64,000 nt of DNA. Origin: Pyrinomonadaceae bacterium (GTDB lineage Bacteria > Acidobacteriota > Blastocatellia > Pyrinomonadales > Pyrinomonadaceae). This document shows, one piece after another, positions 14,817 through 24,881 of this stretch. Within the stretch, counting starts at the first letter, position 1; each line of letters starts with the position of its first letter. The stretch lies in contig JBJMGR010000196.1 of the NCBI GenBank assembly GCA_045807805.1, forward strand, positions 189 to 64,188. The letters run 5' to 3'. The notes beneath the pieces are model-generated. The model saw nothing but the letters and a program-made list of their open reading frames with translations, was not told the origin of the DNA and did no database searches. Position numbers and translations under genes: made by a program.

Positions 14817-17800
14817 ATGCGCTTGAAAAATATCACCGCACTATTTCTGACTCTCCAACTCTTATTCGGCCCCTTCACACAACCCGCGCGGAGGGTTTAC
14901 GCCAAAGGCATGAGTGAAGACGCACGTACAATTGACGCCTCGGCAAGTGAAGACGACGCGGCGCGGGATGCGCAGGCGCGCAAAGGTCTCGTCTTCCGTC
15001 TGGGCGAAGGTGCGGAGGAGTCGGGCGCGGCTGCGCCCCGGCCTACACAAGCGCCCGCCGAGAGGCTCTCCGATGCGGAGACCGCGCGAGTGTTACAGCG
15101 CCTCCCGCCTTTGAAGGCGGACGAGGCGGACGCGAAGGAGTTCGCACTGCGCGAGCGCTCGCTCCCTGCGCCGCGCGCGGGGGCGACCGTCTTGAACGCG
15201 TTCCCTTCGGACGAGGAGCGGCGCGCGCCTGACGCGGACGCGGGGCGCGAGTTGCGCGTCGTTCGCTACTCGCCGCAGGGCGACGTGCCGCTCGCGCCGC
15301 AGTTGAGCGTGACCTTCTCGCAGCCGATGGTCGCCATCACCTCGCAGGAAGATGCGGCGCTCGTCGCGCCCGTGCGCATGTCGCCTCAGCCGCCCGGCCG
15401 CTGGCGTTGGCTCGGCACGAAGACGCTCGTCTTCGACCCGGAGGCCGAGCGGCTCCCGATGGCGACCGAGTTCACTGTGAGCATCCCCGCCGGTACGCGA
15501 GCGGCGTCCAACGAGGGGGGCGGCGCGACGATGTCGCCGGTCACTTGGAAGTTCTCGACGCCCCCGCCGAAGCTCTTGAGTAAGTACCCTTCGGACATCC
15601 CCGCGCGGCGCGACGCGATAATCTTCCTCGCCTTCGACCAGAAGGTTAACCCCGAAGCGGTTCTTCGCACGGTGCGTGTGAACGCGGGCGCGCGCACGTT
15701 GAAGGTTCGGCTCGCGAGCGAAACGGAAGTGAACGGCGACGGGAACGTGAAGGGACTCGCGCAGGGGGCGGGCGAGGGGCGCTGGCTCGCACTGCGCGCC
15801 GTCGGCGAGGATGGTGAGGCGCGCGATGCGCTCCCGCAAGACTCTCCCGTCAACGTCACGGTCGGCCCCGGCACGCCCTCGGCCGAAGGGCCGCGCACGA
15901 CCGCGACGCCGCAAGCCTTCTCGTTCAGAACTTACGGCGCGCTGCGCGTGACGAACCACGAGTGCGGTTACAATAAGCGCTGCTCGCCACGGGACAATTG
16001 GAGCATTACCTTCAGCAACCCGCTCGACCGCGAGGCGTTCGATCCCGCGCAGGTGAAGATTGAGCCGGAGGTGCCGAACGCCACCATCAACGTCTACGGC
16101 CAGACGATGTACATCAGCGGCGCGAAGCGCGGGCGCACAACCTATAAGGTCACGCTCGATTCGTCGCTCCGGGACGATTTCGGACAGGCGCTCGGGGCTT
16201 CCGCTCCGCTCACGTTCAACGTTGGCGCGGCCGACCCCGCGCTCCTCTCCACGGGCAACTTCGTCGTGCTCGAACCGTCGAACGACCCGCGCCTCTCCGT
16301 CTACACCATCAACCACGCGGCATTGAAGGTCAGCCTCTACGCGGTCGCGCCCGAAGACTACGAGCGCTACGTCGCATACATGCGCTTCGTCTCGGGCTAC
16401 TACTCCGAAGGCGAGCGCAAGCAGACGACGCCTCCGGGCCGCCTCGTCGCGTCGAAGACCGTGCAGGTTCGGACGAGCCCCGACGAGACCGTCGAGACGA
16501 AGCTCGACCTCGCGCCCGCGCTGCGTCAGGGCTTAGGCAACGTCTTCGTCGTCGTGGAGCCGACGATGCACGCGAAGGGCAGCGAGCGCGAGGCGCTTCG
16601 CACGTGGGTTCAGGTGACGGGCATCGGGCTCGACGCGTTCGCTGACCGGGAGCAGCTAATCGGGTGGGCGACGGCGCTCGGCGACGGTCGCCCGCTCGAA
16701 GGCGTCGAGCTGTCGCTGCACCCGACGGGCGTGCGCGCGACGAGCGGGCGTGACGGCACCGTGCGGCTTGCGCTTCCCGCGAAGGCGGGCGCGCCCACGA
16801 GTCTTCTGCTCGCGCGGCGCGGCGCGGACACGGCCTTCCTGCCGGAGCGTAGCGACTGGTGGGGCGACACGTCGGCGTGGGTCAGGAGCGAGGCGGGCGA
16901 AGAGCTTCGCTGGTACGTCTTCGACGACAGGAAGATGTACCGCCCCGACGAGGAGGTGAGCGTCAAGGGCTGGCTCAGGCGCGTGGGCGCGGGGCGCGGC
17001 GGCGACGTGGGCGCGCTCGCGGGCGCGGCCGAGTCCGTGAGCTACACGCTGTCGGACTCGCGCGGCAACGAGGTCTTGAAGGGCTCGGCGCGACTGAACG
17101 CGCTCGGCGGCTTCGACGCGAAGTTGAAGCTGCCCGCGACGATGAACCTCGGCGCTGCCGCGTTGCGTTTTCAGGCGGCGGGCGGAAGCGGCGCGGGGTC
17201 GAACCGCGACCACTATCATTCGTTTCAGGTTCAGGAGTTCCGTCGGCCCGAGTTCGAGGTGAGCGCACATGCGTCCGAGGGGCCGTTCTTCGTCGGCGGC
17301 CACGCGCAGGCGACCGTCTCCGCGAGCTACTACGCGGGCGGCGGCCTCGCGGACGCCGAAGTCAACTGGCGTGTGACGGCCGCGACGGCGCAGTTCACTC
17401 CGCCGAATCTCGGCGACTACACCTTCGGCAAGTGGACTCCTTGGTGGGAGCGCGCGAGCGGCAGCTACTCCTCGCGCACGCCCGCGGACATGCAGACATA
17501 CAAGGCCAAGACCGACGCGTCGGGCAGGCACGTACTGCGCCTTGACTTCGACTCCGTCAACCCGCCTCAGCCCTCGACCGTCACGGCCGAGGCGAGCGTC
17601 ACGGATGTTAACCGTCAGACGTGGACTTCCGCCACGACGATGCTCGTGCACGCCTCGCAGCTATACGTGGGCTTGAAGAGCGAGCGCCTGTTTGTGGAGG
17701 AGGGTCAGCCGCTCGTCGTCTCTTCGATTGTGAGCGACATCGACGGGCGATTGGTCGCGGGGCGCGAGGTACGTATGCGCGCGGCGCTCCTTGAGTGGAA

Positions 17801-20800
17801 GTTCTCGAAGGGCAAGTGGTCGCAGGTCGAGTCTCGTACGGAAGAGTGCGTGATTAAGTCCGCGAGCGACGCGGTGAAGTGTACGTTCCGGCCGAAGGCG
17901 GGCGGTATGTATCGCGTGACCGCGCGCGTTCTGGACGACCACGAGCGGCCGAACGAGAGCGAGTTGACGTTGTGGGTCGCGGGCGGCAAGCAGCCGCCCG
18001 AGCGCGGCGTCGAGCAGCAGAAGGTCGAGCTTATCCCTGGCGCCAGGGACTACCGCGCGGGCGAGACCGCCGAGATACTCGTGCAGTCGCCCTTCGCGCC
18101 CGCCGAAGCCATTTTGACGTTGCGCCGCTCGGGGCTGGTGCGCACGGAGCGCTTCCGAATGGACGGGCCTTCGCACACGTTGAAGATTCCCGTCGAGGAC
18201 GCATACACGCCGAACCTGCACGTGCAGGTTGACCTCGTCGGCGCCGCCGCGCGGACGAATGATAAGGGCGAGGCCGACGAAAATCTGCCGAAGCGCCCCG
18301 CGTTCGCCTCGGGCGAGATAAACCTTTCCGTTCCGCCGCTCGCGCGCAAGCTTCAGGTCGTGGCGACGCCGCGCGAACGCGCGCTTGAGCCGGGCGGCGA
18401 GACGACGGTCGCCGTCGAAGTGAAGGACGCGTCTGGTCGTGCGATGCAGGGGAGCGAGCTTGCCGTCGTGGTTGTTGACGAGTCAGTCCTTGCGCTCACG
18501 GGCTACAAGCTCGACGACCCGCTCTCCATCTTCTACTCGGAGCGCGGCGCGGACGTTACCGACTATCACCTGCGCCAGAACGTCCTGCTGCGCGACCCCG
18601 GCGACATCGGGACAGGCGCGGGCGGCGGCGGGGCGACGGCAGCGTACACAATCTACGACGGGGCCGCGAACATGAACGCGCAACTGAAGAGTAGCCCCGC
18701 GCCGCCGCCCGTTCGCGCCATGAGGTCGCGGTCGAGCGGCGTGCCCGAGGCCGAGGCCGACGAGTCCGCGGAGCAGCAGCAGGCTATACGAATGCGCGCC
18801 GACTTCAACGCGCTCGCGGTCTTCGCGCCCTCTGTTACGACAGACGCGCAGGGGCGCGCGGAGGTCAAGGTCAAAGTCCCGGACAACCTGACGCGCTACC
18901 GCGTCATGGCGGTCTCGGTCGCGGGCGGGCGTCAGTTCGGCTCGGGCGAGTCTTCGATAACCGCGCGCCAGCCTCTCATGGTTCGCCCTTCGGCGCCGCG
19001 CTTCCTGAACTTCGGCGACCGCTTCGAGCTGCCCGTCGTGATACAGAACCAGACCGACAAGACGGCGGAGGTTGACGTGGCCGTGCGCGCGGCCAACGCG
19101 GAGTTGACGGAAGGGCAGGGCCGACGCGTGCGCGTACCCGCGAACGACCGCGTGGAGGTTCGCTTCCCCGCGTCCGCCTCGCGCGCAGGGAAGGCGACGT
19201 TTCAGGTCGGCGCGATGTCTGGACGCTTCGCCGACGCGGCCCAGGTAGAGCTTCCCGTCTGGACGCCCGCGACGACCGAAGCCTTCGCGACCTACGGCGA
19301 GCTGGACGCGAGCGGCGCAATCGTCCAACCCGTCAAGGCACCCGCGAACGTCTTCAAGCAGTTCGGCGGGCTCGAAGTTCAGACCTCCTCGACGCAGCTT
19401 CAGGCTTTGACCGACGCGGTACTCTACCTCGTCGCCTATCCATACGAGTGCTCCGAGCAGTTGTCGTCGCGCGTGATGGCTGTCGCCGCGCTGCGCGACG
19501 TGCTGACGGCCTTCAAGGCCGAAGGGATGCCCAAGCCCGAGGAGATGAAGGCGGCCGTCGCGCGCGACATTGAGCGGCTGAAGGGGATGCAGAACGACGA
19601 CGGGGGCTTCGGCTTCTGGCGTCGAGGCGATCAGGATTGGCCCTACCTCGGCATACATGTCGCGCACGCTCTGACGCGCGCGAAGGAGAAGGGCTACGAC
19701 GTTCCGCAGACGATGCTCGACCGCTCGAAGTCCTACCTACGCGCGATTGAGTCGCACATACCGAAACGCTACGGGCGCGACGCGCGCAACTCTCTCATCG
19801 CCTACGCGCTCTACACGCGCGCGCGAATGAATGATGCGGACGCCGCACGCGCTCGCAAACTTATCGCCGATAACGGGCTTGAAAAGCTCCCGCTCGAAGC
19901 AATCGGCTGGCTGCTGCCCACACTCTCCGCCGACAAGGCTTCGGCGACGGAGACGGCCGCGATAAGGCGTCTGCTCGACAACCGCGCTGAGGAGACCGCA
20001 GCCACGGCGCACTTCGTCACCTCATACGCGGACGACGACTATCTTCTGCTTCGCTCCGACCGGCGCGCCGACGGAGTCATACTCGAAGCTCTCATCGGCG
20101 ACGAGCCCGCGAGCGACCTCATACCGAAGATCGCGCGCGGCCTGCTCGCGCACCGAACGAAGGGGCGCTGGGAGAACACACAGGAGAACGCCTTCGTGCT
20201 GCTCGCGCTCGACCGGTACTTCCGCACCTACGAGAAGGCGACGCCCGACTTCGTCGCGCGCGCCTGGCTCGGCGACGCGTACGCGGGCGAGCAGCAGTTC
20301 AAGGGCCGCTCTACAGACCGACAGCAGTTCGACGTGCCGATGAGTTACATGGCGGAGAAGGCGGGCGGCGCGCCGCAAAATCTCGTCTTGCAGAAGGAGG
20401 GCGCGGGCCGTCTCTACTACCGCATAGGCATGCAGTACGCGCCGTCGTCTCTGAAGCTCGCGCCCGCCGACTACGGCTTCACGGTCGAGCGCGCATACGA
20501 GGCCGTCGATAATCCTTCGGACGTTCGCCGCGACGCGGACGGCATTTGGCACATCAAGGCGGGCGCGAAGGTTCGCGTACGGCTGACGATGGTAGCGCCG
20601 ACGCGCCGCTACCACGTCGCGCTCGTAGACCCTCTGCCCGCCGGTCTCGAAGCGTTGAACCCCGCGCTCGCGGTCACGGGCAGCGTCCCCGAAGACGACA
20701 ACTCGGAAGTCAACGCGAAGACCTCGCCCTTCGGCTGGTGGTGGTGGTCGCGCCCCTGGTTCGAGCACCAGAACCTTCGCGACGAGCGCGCGGAAGCCTT

Positions 20801-20954
20801 CGCGTCGCTCCTCTGGGAGGGCGTCTACAACTACACATACTTCGCGCGCGCGACGACGCCCGGCACGTTCGTAGTCCCGCCCCCGAAGGCCGAAGAGATG
20901 TACCACCCCGAGACCTTCGGCCGCGGAGCAACAGACCGCGTGATAGTCGAATAG
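14817..20954 (+). CDS. bacterial alpha-2-macroglobulin family protein with an intact thioester motif
   Basis: About 2045 aa from the ATG at 14817 (signal-peptide-like MRLKNITALFLTLQLLFGPF). The track ORF extends to 14619. The thioester motif YPYECSEQ has CSEQ at 19449-19460. Large MG-domain-like repeats and a C-terminal receptor-binding-like region are present. Confidence 0.9.
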   Translation: MRLKNITALFLTLQLLFGPFTQPARRVYAKGMSEDARTIDASASEDDAARDAQARKGLVFRLGEGAEESGAAAPRPTQAPAERLSDAETARVLQRLPPLKADEADAKEFALRERSLPAPRAGATVLNAFPSDEERRAPDADAGRELRVVRYSPQGDVPLAPQLSVTFSQPMVAITSQEDAALVAPVRMSPQPPGRWRWLGTKTLVFDPEAERLPMATEFTVSIPAGTRAASNEGGGATMSPVTWKFSTPPPKLLSKYPSDIPARRDAIIFLAFDQKVNPEAVLRTVRVNAGARTLKVRLASETEVNGDGNVKGLAQGAGEGRWLALRAVGEDGEARDALPQDSPVNVTVGPGTPSAEGPRTTATPQAFSFRTYGALRVTNHECGYNKRCSPRDNWSITFSNPLDREAFDPAQVKIEPEVPNATINVYGQTMYISGAKRGRTTYKVTLDSSLRDDFGQALGASAPLTFNVGAADPALLSTGNFVVLEPSNDPRLSVYTINHAALKVSLYAVAPEDYERYVAYMRFVSGYYSEGERKQTTPPGRLVASKTVQVRTSPDETVETKLDLAPALRQGLGNVFVVVEPTMHAKGSEREALRTWVQVTGIGLDAFADREQLIGWATALGDGRPLEGVELSLHPTGVRATSGRDGTVRLALPAKAGAPTSLLLARRGADTAFLPERSDWWGDTSAWVRSEAGEELRWYVFDDRKMYRPDEEVSVKGWLRRVGAGRGGDVGALAGAAESVSYTLSDSRGNEVLKGSARLNALGGFDAKLKLPATMNLGAAALRFQAAGGSGAGSNRDHYHSFQVQEFRRPEFEVSAHASEGPFFVGGHAQATVSASYYAGGGLADAEVNWRVTAATAQFTPPNLGDYTFGKWTPWWERASGSYSSRTPADMQTYKAKTDASGRHVLRLDFDSVNPPQPSTVTAEASVTDVNRQTWTSATTMLVHASQLYVGLKSERLFVEEGQPLVVSSIVSDIDGRLVAGREVRMRAALLEWKFSKGKWSQVESRTEECVIKSASDAVKCTFRPKAGGMYRVTARVLDDHERPNESELTLWVAGGKQPPERGVEQQKVELIPGARDYRAGETAEILVQSPFAPAEAILTLRRSGLVRTERFRMDGPSHTLKIPVEDAYTPNLHVQVDLVGAAARTNDKGEADENLPKRPAFASGEINLSVPPLARKLQVVATPRERALEPGGETTVAVEVKDASGRAMQGSELAVVVVDESVLALTGYKLDDPLSIFYSERGADVTDYHLRQNVLLRDPGDIGTGAGGGGATAAYTIYDGAANMNAQLKSSPAPPPVRAMRSRSSGVPEAEADESAEQQQAIRMRADFNALAVFAPSVTTDAQGRAEVKVKVPDNLTRYRVMAVSVAGGRQFGSGESSITARQPLMVRPSAPRFLNFGDRFELPVVIQNQTDKTAEVDVAVRAANAELTEGQGRRVRVPANDRVEVRFPASASRAGKATFQVGAMSGRFADAAQVELPVWTPATTEAFATYGELDASGAIVQPVKAPANVFKQFGGLEVQTSSTQLQALTDAVLYLVAYPYECSEQLSSRVMAVAALRDVLTAFKAEGMPKPEEMKAAVARDIERLKGMQNDDGGFGFWRRGDQDWPYLGIHVAHALTRAKEKGYDVPQTMLDRSKSYLRAIESHIPKRYGRDARNSLIAYALYTRARMNDADAARARKLIADNGLEKLPLEAIGWLLPTLSADKASATETAAIRRLLDNRAEETAATAHFVTSYADDDYLLLRSDRRADGVILEALIGDEPASDLIPKIARGLLAHRTKGRWENTQENAFVLLALDRYFRTYEKATPDFVARAWLGDAYAGEQQFKGRSTDRQQFDVPMSYMAEKAGGAPQNLVLQKEGAGRLYYRIGMQYAPSSLKLAPADYGFTVERAYEAVDNPSDVRRDADGIWHIKAGAKVRVRLTMVAPTRRYHVALVDPLPAGLEALNPALAVTGSVPEDDNSEVNAKTSPFGWWWWSRPWFEHQNLRDERAEAFASLLWEGVYNYTYFARATTPGTFVVPPPKAEEMYHPETFGRGATDRVIVE

Positions 20955-20963
20955 GCGTGAGCA

Positions 20964-21100
20964 CAGAACCGCGAGCGGAAGCCTCGCGGGTGTTGGCGAA
21001 TTTACCACCGCAGACAGAGAGGCACGGCTAGTTGAATCTCAGCCGTGCCTCTCTGTCTGCGGTGGTGGAACTACCCGCGAGGCTTCCGCTCGTGGTTCTG
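20964..21100. repeat. nested hairpin element (CAGAACCGC-class outer arms enclosing a CACCGCAGAGAGA..GGCACGGCT hairpin)
   Basis: Outer arms 20964-20991 pair with 21073-21100. Inner arms 21005-21029 pair with 21041-21065. The inner module recurs alone at 42559-42621. Confidence 0.8.
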
Positions 21101-21113
21101 ATTGAAGCCGAAC

Positions 21114-21674
21114 TTAGCGCGCGCTCTCTTTCTCGGAGCGCAGGTTGTTCGTCACGGAGAAGACGCCCGAGACGCCGTTCGCCAGTATGTATGCCATGCG
21201 GCGGTCGCCCTCGTTCGACACGACGCCTTCGAGCGTGATGTGGCCGCCGTTGACGACGATGTGTACGGACGGGTTGACGCCGCGACCGTAGCGGAAGAGC
21301 GGGCTGTTCCAGCCGAAGAGCGCGTGGTACGTGCGCGCGCGTATATTGTCGTCGAACGAGGAGAGCGGGAGAACCTCTATGTTGTTCACCACGCGCTCGA
21401 CGCCCGCGAGCTTCGCGACGCGGCGCTCGGCGTCCTTGCGCGTCGAGGGCTGCACGACCTGCCCGTAGAGCTTCACGGTCGAGCCTTCAATCTCGTATTC
21501 GAGATTATCGAACACGCCGTACCACGGGAGCGTCACAAGCTCCTTCCGAACCTTCTTCGCGAGCTGAGTCTGCGCCGACGACTGCTCGGTCGCGGGCGCT
21601 GCCACTACTGCTGCCGACGCCGAAAGCATGAGCGCCGCGGCGATTGCGAGAACCTTACCCTTGAACATATTCAT
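21114..21674 (-). CDS. secreted BON-domain protein (OsmY-like, two BON domains)
   Basis: 186 aa with a signal peptide (MNMFKGKVLAIAAALMLSASAA). BON signatures seen: VKLYGQV...K..AE..A..L.GVERVVNNIEV and ITLEGVVSNEGDRRMA...A..V.GVFSVTNNL. Confidence 0.85.
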   Translation of the reverse strand: MNMFKGKVLAIAAALMLSASAAVVAAPATEQSSAQTQLAKKVRKELVTLPWYGVFDNLEYEIEGSTVKLYGQVVQPSTRKDAERRVAKLAGVERVVNNIEVLPLSSFDDNIRARTYHALFGWNSPLFRYGRGVNPSVHIVVNGGHITLEGVVSNEGDRRMAYILANGVSGVFSVTNNLRSEKESAR

Positions 21675-21875
21675 CCTTATTATTCCTCTCTAAAAAACGG
21701 TCAATCGTTCACTGATTTAGATGAAATACCCGTGTCCCGAGTTGCAGAACGGCGCGCGTATAGGCAACCTCACCCGGAGAAGCAATCTTTCGTTGAAATC
21801 GCCGGGAAGCTTTCGCAACGCGTGCCCGCGATAATCGTTCGTCGGAAACTTTTTACGCGAGGCCCGACTGAATCG

Positions 21876-23204
21876 TTGAGTAAAACTCCGAATCGACAGA
21901 CGCTCGGCACGCCGAGACTGTCCCCGCCCGAAGAGACGAGCCGCACGCCCGCCGCGCGCCGCCCGTCCTCCTTCGCCGCGCTCAGGCACAGGGACTTCCG
22001 ACTCTTCTGGTCGGGCCAGTTCGTCTCCATCATCGGCTCGCAGATGCAGATGGTGACGGTCAACTGGCACGTCTACATCCTCACACATTCGGCCGCCGCG
22101 CTCGGGCTCGTCGGGCTCGTGCGCGTCGTGCCGATAATCGTCTGCTCGCTCGTCGGCGGCGTCGTGGCCGATGCCTTCGACCGCAAGCGGCTCCTGCTCG
22201 CGACGCAGAGCGTGATGCTCTTAAGTGCCGCCGCTCTCGCGCTCTTCACAGCCTCGGGGATGGAGAGCGTCTGGCCCATCTACCTTCTGACGGCCGTCTC
22301 TTCGGCGGCGACGGCATTCGACAATCCGGCGCGACAGGCGCTTCTGCCTTCGCTCGTGTCGGAGCGCGACTTCCCGAACGCGGTCAGCATCGGCTTCGTG
22401 GCGTTTCAGGTGGGGATGGTCGCCGGGCCCGTGCTCGGCGGCCTGGCGCTCGCGCGCTTCGGCCCCGCGTCGGTCTACGCATTCAACGCCGTGTCGTTCG
22501 TCGCGGTCATCACGGCGGTGCTGCTCATACGCGCCTCCGGCAAGGCGAAGGCGGACGAGTCGGGCCAGGTCAGTCTCGCGGCGATGAAGGAGGGGCTTAA
22601 GTTCGTCTGGCGCACGCCCATCATGGTGCAGACGATGTCGTTAGACTTCGTCGCGACCTTCTTCGCGTCGGCGACCGCGCTGCTGCCGATATTCGCGCGC
22701 GACATTCTGCGCGTCGGCGAGCACGGCTACGGAGTGCTCGCGGCGGCCTCCGCGTTCGGCGCGGTGCTGACGGGCCTCCTGCTCGCGCGCAGGCCCGCCG
22801 GGTGGGGGCGTCCCGGCCTCGTCATACTCGTCGCGGTCGGAGTCTACGGCGCGGCGACAATCGTCTTCGGGCTATCGCGAAGCTACTATCTCTCGCTCTT
22901 CATGCTCGCGATCACGGGCGCGGCCGACACTGTGAGCACCGTCATACGACAGACCATACGCCAGCTCATCACGCCCGACCGCCTGCGCGGGCGCATGACC
23001 TCCGTCAACATGATCTTCTTCATGGGCGGGCCGCAGTTGGGTGAACTCGAAGCCGGACTACTTGCGGCCGCGGCCGGAGCGCAGGCGTCGGTCGTCGTGG
23101 GCGGCATCGGCTGCGTCCTCGCGGTGATGTTTATGGCGTCGAGGGCGCGTGAGCTTCTGCGCTACCGCTTCTCGCGCGGCGAAGAGTCGGCCTCGCGTGG
23201 ATGA
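21876..23204 (+). CDS. MFS transporter
   Basis: The C-terminal ~440 aa of the 700-aa track ORF look like a 12-TM MFS (FRLFWSGQFVSIIGSQMQMVTVNWHVYILT...). The upstream part of that ORF is antisense to the BON gene. The start is uncertain: TTG 21876 is the nearest conventional start upstream of the conserved FRLFW. Confidence 0.7.
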   Translation: MSKTPNRQTLGTPRLSPPEETSRTPAARRPSSFAALRHRDFRLFWSGQFVSIIGSQMQMVTVNWHVYILTHSAAALGLVGLVRVVPIIVCSLVGGVVADAFDRKRLLLATQSVMLLSAAALALFTASGMESVWPIYLLTAVSSAATAFDNPARQALLPSLVSERDFPNAVSIGFVAFQVGMVAGPVLGGLALARFGPASVYAFNAVSFVAVITAVLLIRASGKAKADESGQVSLAAMKEGLKFVWRTPIMVQTMSLDFVATFFASATALLPIFARDILRVGEHGYGVLAAASAFGAVLTGLLLARRPAGWGRPGLVILVAVGVYGAATIVFGLSRSYYLSLFMLAITGAADTVSTVIRQTIRQLITPDRLRGRMTSVNMIFFMGGPQLGELEAGLLAAAAGAQASVVVGGIGCVLAVMFMASRARELLRYRFSRGEESASRG

Positions 23205-23287
23205 CGCAAGACTCTTGCAAGACGCGGCGCGCTCGGCCTACCATCAGCCGAAACCGAAATCAACCTATGAGGAGGACAAAACGCTTG

Positions 23288-23485
23288 ATGGATACGCCCG
23301 AGCCGTCGCACGCGGACGCAGACACGAGCAACGAAGAGAGAGACGCGGGCGGCGATGACTCGCTGCAAGACCTCTCGCGCGAACAGCGAGACCTCGCGCG
23401 AGAGCGCCTCGGCGGCGAACTCGGCCGCGACCCGAACGAAGATGAGATAGACAACTGGCTTCGCCGTCAAACTGAAGGATATTGA
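23288..23485 (+). CDS. small acidic hypothetical protein (65 aa)
   Basis: ATG at 23288 preceded by GAGGAGG 12 nt upstream. Sequence: MDTPEPSHADADTSNEERDAGGDDSLQDLSREQRDLARERLG...DEIDNWLRRQTEGY. No family is recognised. The track ORF starts at 23201. Confidence 0.4.
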   Translation: MDTPEPSHADADTSNEERDAGGDDSLQDLSREQRDLARERLGGELGRDPNEDEIDNWLRRQTEGY

Positions 23486-23487
23486 GC

Positions 23488-23648
23488 TAAGGCAAAAGTA
23501 AAAAGGTAAAAGGCAGAAGTGAAGAAGGATGAGAGTAAGGCTTACTCTTATCCTTCTTCATTGAAAACAGAGCGGCCTTCATCAACCTTGATTGATGAAG
23601 GCCGCTCTGTTTTGCAGGCGAAACCTTTTGCCTTTTACCTTTGCCTTA
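23488..23648. repeat. nested heptamer-periodic hairpin element (AAAGGCA/AAAGGTA outer arms, two inner hairpins)
   Basis: Outer arm taaggcaaaagtaaaaaggtaaaaggcag (from 23488) pairs with ccttttgccttttacctttgcctta (23624-23648). Inner hairpins lie at 23521-23559 and at 23564-23613 (ccttcatcaa..ttgatgaagg module, also at 33876-33915). Confidence 0.8.
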
Positions 23649-23651
23649 CCG

Positions 23652-24290
23652 TCAAGGCGTGACGGTGATGTGGTTGTCAACGCCTGTGACGCCTTTGATG
23701 GCGTAGGCGAGACGCTCGGCCTTGCGCTTGAGCGCGTCTGAGTTGACGTTGCCGGTTAGACTGGCGCGACCGTTGATGATGGTCGCGGTCACGCCGGCGG
23801 CGGAGAGTTCCGTGTCATCCGTCAGAGCCTTGTCGAGCTTCGTTTGAAGCGAGGCGTCGTCGTGCGCGGGGGCCGCGGGAGCCGTCGTCGCGGGCGGCGC
23901 GTTCGTCGTCGTCGTAGAAGCGGGCGGCGCTTGTATGATGACGGGCGCGGGCTGCTGCGTCACGGGCGCGGGCTGCGTGATGATTATCGGCGTCGGCTGC
24001 GTCGCGGGCTGCGAGACGATGACCGGCGTCTGCGTCATGGGCGTCGGCTGCGTGGCCGATGTGCGTATATTGACGTTGGTCTCGGAGTCGCCTCGCGAGT
24101 TCGTCAGAAATAGAAAGATGATCGCCGTCGCCGCTATCGCGAGCAGCGCAACGGTGACGACCATGCCGGTCGAGAATCCGCGACGCTCCTCGGGGTAGCG
24201 CACGGTCTGATGTTGAATCACCTCGCGCCGTTCGGTCGGCGTCTCCACAACCACGCGGCTGCGCTTAGTTTTCTCTTCGTCGTATGACAT
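23652..24290 (-). CDS. membrane-anchored BON-domain protein with a Pro/Thr/Gln-rich linker
   Basis: 212 aa. One TM helix (MVVTVALLAIAATAIIFLFL), a linker (QPTPMTQTPVIVSQPATQPTPIIITQPAPVTQQPAPV), and a C-terminal BON domain (ASLTGNV.S...K..AE.LA..IKGVTGVDNHITV). Confidence 0.75.
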   Translation of the reverse strand: MSYDEEKTKRSRVVVETPTERREVIQHQTVRYPEERRGFSTGMVVTVALLAIAATAIIFLFLTNSRGDSETNVNIRTSATQPTPMTQTPVIVSQPATQPTPIIITQPAPVTQQPAPVIIQAPPASTTTTNAPPATTAPAAPAHDDASLQTKLDKALTDDTELSAAGVTATIINGRASLTGNVNSDALKRKAERLAYAIKGVTGVDNHITVTP

Positions 24291-24464
24291 GAACCTCTAG
24301 CTCCTGTCGTCTTAAAGTTTTGGAAGTCACGCGCGAGGTAAGTCTGTTTCAAAGTTAAGGCCGCTTCAACATTCACGACCGCGCGTGCGGCCGCGTTCCA
24401 AAGGAAGGGGAGCGCACGCCTAGTCTCAGCCGCGCTCCCCCCCTCGTTCCTCAAAACGCCCGCG

Positions 24465-24881
24465 TTAGTAGCGACGCGGTATGCGGTGCTTGCTGCGACG
24501 GTACAGGTAACCGCCCGTGCCGCCGGCTATCGCGCCTGCGGCCGCGCCGCGCTTGTGGCCGATTGCGCCGCCGACGCCCGCGCCGAGCGCCGAACCGCTG
24601 GCCGTCGCGCCGATGGTGCGCGTGCGTCCCTTAAAGTGCTGACGCGCGGCCTTGCGGTTGAAGGCATATGTGCCCGCGCCGCCCGCGCCGATGGCCGCGC
24701 CCTTCTTGCCTCCGATGAGGCCGCCTACGAGCGCGCCGCCGCCAATCATCGCGGCCGTACGCGACTTACGCCCGAACTTCGAGCGGTGTCTACGTGTCTG
24801 TGCGTCCGCGCCGACTGAGAGCGTCGTCACGAGAATCAAGAGACTGACTACTAAAGCTGAAACTTTGCGCATCCCGAACAC
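24465..24881 (-). CDS. secreted glycine-zipper-like protein
   Basis: 138 aa. Signal peptide MRKVSALVVSLLILVTTLSVGADA. Repeated Gly-rich segments (GGGALVGGLIGGKKGAAIGAGGAG; GSALGAGVGGAIGHKRGAAAGAIAGG). Confidence 0.6.
   Translation of the reverse strand: MFGMRKVSALVVSLLILVTTLSVGADAQTRRHRSKFGRKSRTAAMIGGGALVGGLIGGKKGAAIGAGGAGTYAFNRKAARQHFKGRTRTIGATASGSALGAGVGGAIGHKRGAAAGAIAGGTGGYLYRRSKHRIPRRY

Noticed and set aside
21102-21875. N-terminal 258 aa of the 700-aa track ORF that ends as the MFS transporter
   Set aside because: This part is antisense to the well-supported BON-domain gene (21114-21674) and has an antisense-type composition. The transporter homology starts only near FRLFWSG, so I truncated the gene to the TTG at 21876.
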